Below are positions 61,432-64,000 of a stretch of DNA of 64,000 nucleotides, one piece after another. Location of the stretch: positions 124,001-188,000 of the forward strand of contig CDRNST010000137.1 of the NCBI GenBank assembly GCA_977016875.1, given 5' to 3'. Position 1 is the first letter of the stretch. Each line of letters starts with the position of its first letter. The notes under the pieces are model-generated. The model worked only from the letters and a program-made list of their open reading frames with translations. It was not told the origin of the DNA and made no database searches. A program made the translations under genes and the position numbers. The stretch is from Pavona decussata (taxonomy: Eukaryota).

Positions 61432-62172
61432 TGGTTTCCAAATTATCGCAGGATCGCAGTTGATCACAAACGATCGCAACAGTTCGGTCACGGTTGTATA
61501 TACAAGCGATCGTAAAGCGTCAACAGCACAGAAAGATTCCGCACAGCCTCCAACATTAATTACACCTGCCCCCACTATCATATTAACCCTCTTCCTAAAA
61601 CGGCAAGCGTGCTGAGTAGAGTTTGAGTCGCAAAATGTGAACGTAATTAATGTATGAGGGTGTGCGAAAATCTTGCCGAATAACTTTAAGAAGGAAGTCG
61701 AAAGGTTGCATTTCACGCCTGGAAGTTGTGAATTTGGAAAAAGTTGCTCAAATGGCTCGATTATTTTTGTAATAAAAGCAAAAAAAAAAAAAAAAAAACT
61801 GAAATCTCCATCAAATAGAATTTTCATACGAAAGAAGTCGAAATTTTGCATTTCACACCTGGGAGCTGGAAATTGGAAAAAGTTGCTCGATCTTTTCATA
61901 TCAAAAGTTATTGTTTTTAAAAGAAACAGCCGAAAAATACCTAGAATCTCCATGAAAAGGAAGCCTGCTACGAAAGGAAAGAGAAGCAAACATTTCGAAA
62001 TATTATAATCAGAATAAGTAAGTGGACTCCTTGTTTGCTTAGTCAAACAAAATTAAAAGGACATTGAAAACAAAGCTCTTTACACCGCAGAGTATTAACA
62101 TGTTTGTTTCTTAGAAACTGAACGCAGGTTGAAAAAATCCTTTCCGCGTTGAAATCAGATCGGTAAGAATCG

Positions 62173-63390
62173 ATGCAAACAAAAACAAAATGGAAACCAA
62201 TGTCTTGGACTCGGTACAGAAAGACGTTTGCTATCCTTAGCATTTTTCTAGGAAGCTTGCTCGTAATCGTTCAACAATGGCTTCTGCAAAACAAAGTTTC
62301 AAGAGATAATGAACTTCATCATCTTTCGATCGTGAATGGACAATGGAAAGAAAATTACGCGAACAAACGCCGCTTGAAGGTCGTTTTATTTTACACTACA
62401 TTATTCGGTCGCTCACCATGGCCTGGTCTCGCAAATGACTACAATTTCACGCACTGGAACAACATTGGCTGTCGTGTACAAGCGTGCAGAATAACATATA
62501 ACAGAAGCGAACTCTCGAACAGCGATGCAGTGTTATTCCATGGCAGAGATTTACCAGATGTATTACACATGAGGAACATTGTAAAGAAAAAACCTTCAAA
62601 ACAGCGATGGATTTACTTCATGCATGAAAGTCCAAAATTCACCTACTACGACCCGGCTTTGTACAACGGCTTCTTCAACTGGACGATGTCGTATCGGAAA
62701 GATTCGGAGTTTTTCGTACCTTATCGAACCTACACCCGACTGGAACCCGACGAGATTGCACTCAGACAGACGGTGACTACGAACTATGCCAACGGTAAAG
62801 ACAAATTGGTTGTTTGGATTGTAAGTCACTGCGGAGGACTCAGAGAAGAATTCGTAAGAAAACTAACAAAATACATAAAAGTTGATGTTTTTGGATCATG
62901 TTCAAGGCGTTTCAATCAAACTGAAACTTGTCGGAGGTCGTCTCCGGCCTGTCGCCAAAAACTACAGCGCTACAAATTCATCATTGCGTTTGAAAATTCC
63001 TTCTGCGTTGACTACATAACAGAGAAATACTGGTATACACCGTTTGAACACAATGTCGTTCCAGTTGTGATGGGAGGCGCCTCGTATGACTCACAGCTCG
63101 CCATTCCCGGCTCATTTATTAACGTGGCAAATTTCCTGTCAGTCAAAGCACTTGCTAATTATTTACTTTCCTTGGACTCAAACGATAAAGCTTACAACGA
63201 ATATTTTTGGTGGAAAAAGGAGTTTAAACCCGTGCTACCCGAATCTTGGACTTGTAAGATATGTGCGGCTTTAAATGACGATTCCTTGCCAGCTAAAGTT
63301 TATAACAATATGGACGATTTGTGGGGTGAGGAAAAGGCTTGCGGGAAAAACAAAGAAAAAATACAAAAACTTGTTGAGCAACTTGATTAA
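62173..63390 (+). CDS. Alpha-1,3/4-fucosyltransferase (GT10), type II membrane protein, single coding exon, 405 aa
   Basis: N-terminal TM segment (FAILSIFLGSLLVIV); motifs SDAVLFH, HESP, FNWTMSYRKDS, WIVSHC, YKFIIAFENSFCVDYITEK, VPVVMG, YFWWK. The start could be the second Met (62200). Confidence 0.95.
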   Translation: MQTKTKWKPMSWTRYRKTFAILSIFLGSLLVIVQQWLLQNKVSRDNELHHLSIVNGQWKENYANKRRLKVVLFYTTLFGRSPWPGLANDYNFTHWNNIGCRVQACRITYNRSELSNSDAVLFHGRDLPDVLHMRNIVKKKPSKQRWIYFMHESPKFTYYDPALYNGFFNWTMSYRKDSEFFVPYRTYTRLEPDEIALRQTVTTNYANGKDKLVVWIVSHCGGLREEFVRKLTKYIKVDVFGSCSRRFNQTETCRRSSPACRQKLQRYKFIIAFENSFCVDYITEKYWYTPFEHNVVPVVMGGASYDSQLAIPGSFINVANFLSVKALANYLLSLDSNDKAYNEYFWWKKEFKPVLPESWTCKICAALNDDSLPAKVYNNMDDLWGEEKACGKNKEKIQKLVEQLD

Positions 63391-63441
63391 AGTAATTATA
63401 CAAAGGAAAGAAGAAATAAGAATTCAATTCAGTTAGAAAGT

Positions 63442-63842
63442 TTAAGGACGGTGCCTACTAATACCGAAGTCTTTTTGTGCGGTTTATGACTATGCGGGAA
63501 AAGCAGATCTTAGCAAGGCCTATTGGAATCCAAAAAGAAAATTGGGGGTAACCACGCATTTTTCAGATATAAATAAGCAACAATATCTCTAAAAAGCGCC
63601 AAAATATAAAGCAATGTATGGGATTTTTTCCTAAATTAAAGCTTAATTTTCTCTGAAAAATGCATGGTAACCCCCAATTTTCTTTTGAGATACCAAAGGC
63701 ATTTGGTAAGTTCTGCTTTCTCCGTATAGTTTTAAACCGCGCAAAAATATTCCTGTATTAACAGGCACTACCCATAGGAAACCCGAGTATCTCGCGATGC
63801 GCTGAACGTATGCGCTGTAACAATAGTAGGCACCGTCCTTAA
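63442..63842. mobile_element. MITE family A copy 3
   Basis: Same perfect TIR and TTAA flanks. Confidence 0.9.
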
Positions 63843-64000
63843 AGCAAGGTTTGAACAACTGTAATAAACAAAAACGAGGAGGAATAGTGGGAAATTTAGT
63901 GCGAAAAATTGCCAAAATTGTGCATTTTGAAAACAGACCGGCAAATGTCGCACGGTGCAGATAAAAATACGTTGATGTCTTCGCTTTTGTGCTTACTTTT

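Noticed and set aside
61429-62046. 205-aa minus-strand ORF and overlapping 111-aa plus-strand ORF
   Set aside because: Low-complexity Phe/Lys-rich translations across an A-run in the GT10 upstream region, with no recognisable motifs.

Overview
AT-rich, intron-containing animal genomic DNA. The gene set and repeat types suggest a cnidarian, probably a stony coral (inference). I reconstructed three protein-coding genes by hand using GT-AG splice sites and phase-compatible junctions. (1) A complete 30-exon vitellogenin/large lipid transfer protein gene on the minus strand (ATG 40873, stop 8641, about 1697 aa): signal peptide, LPD-N, open beta-sheet region, VWD and a Cys-rich C-terminus. (2) A secreted S1A trypsin-family serine protease on the minus strand (ATG 53309, stop 48332, about 328 aa). 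(3) An intronless GT10 alpha-1,3/4-fucosyltransferase on the plus strand (62173-63390). Introns and spacers carry many non-autonomous DNA transposons, tRNA-derived repeats, LINE fragments, two minisatellites and a 1.5-kb tandem duplication. Three observations stand out. The vitellogenin has a ~200-aa beta-trefoil (fascin-like) module encoded by two phase-0 exons. The protease combines thrombin-type markers (Tyr225, AGY-coded Ser195) with an unusual Tyr193 and a furin-type activation site. Two intronic Penelope-type palindromes carry hammerhead-ribozyme motifs, and in both the copy on the host gene's sense strand is mutated at the cleavage triplet. No database searches were run.
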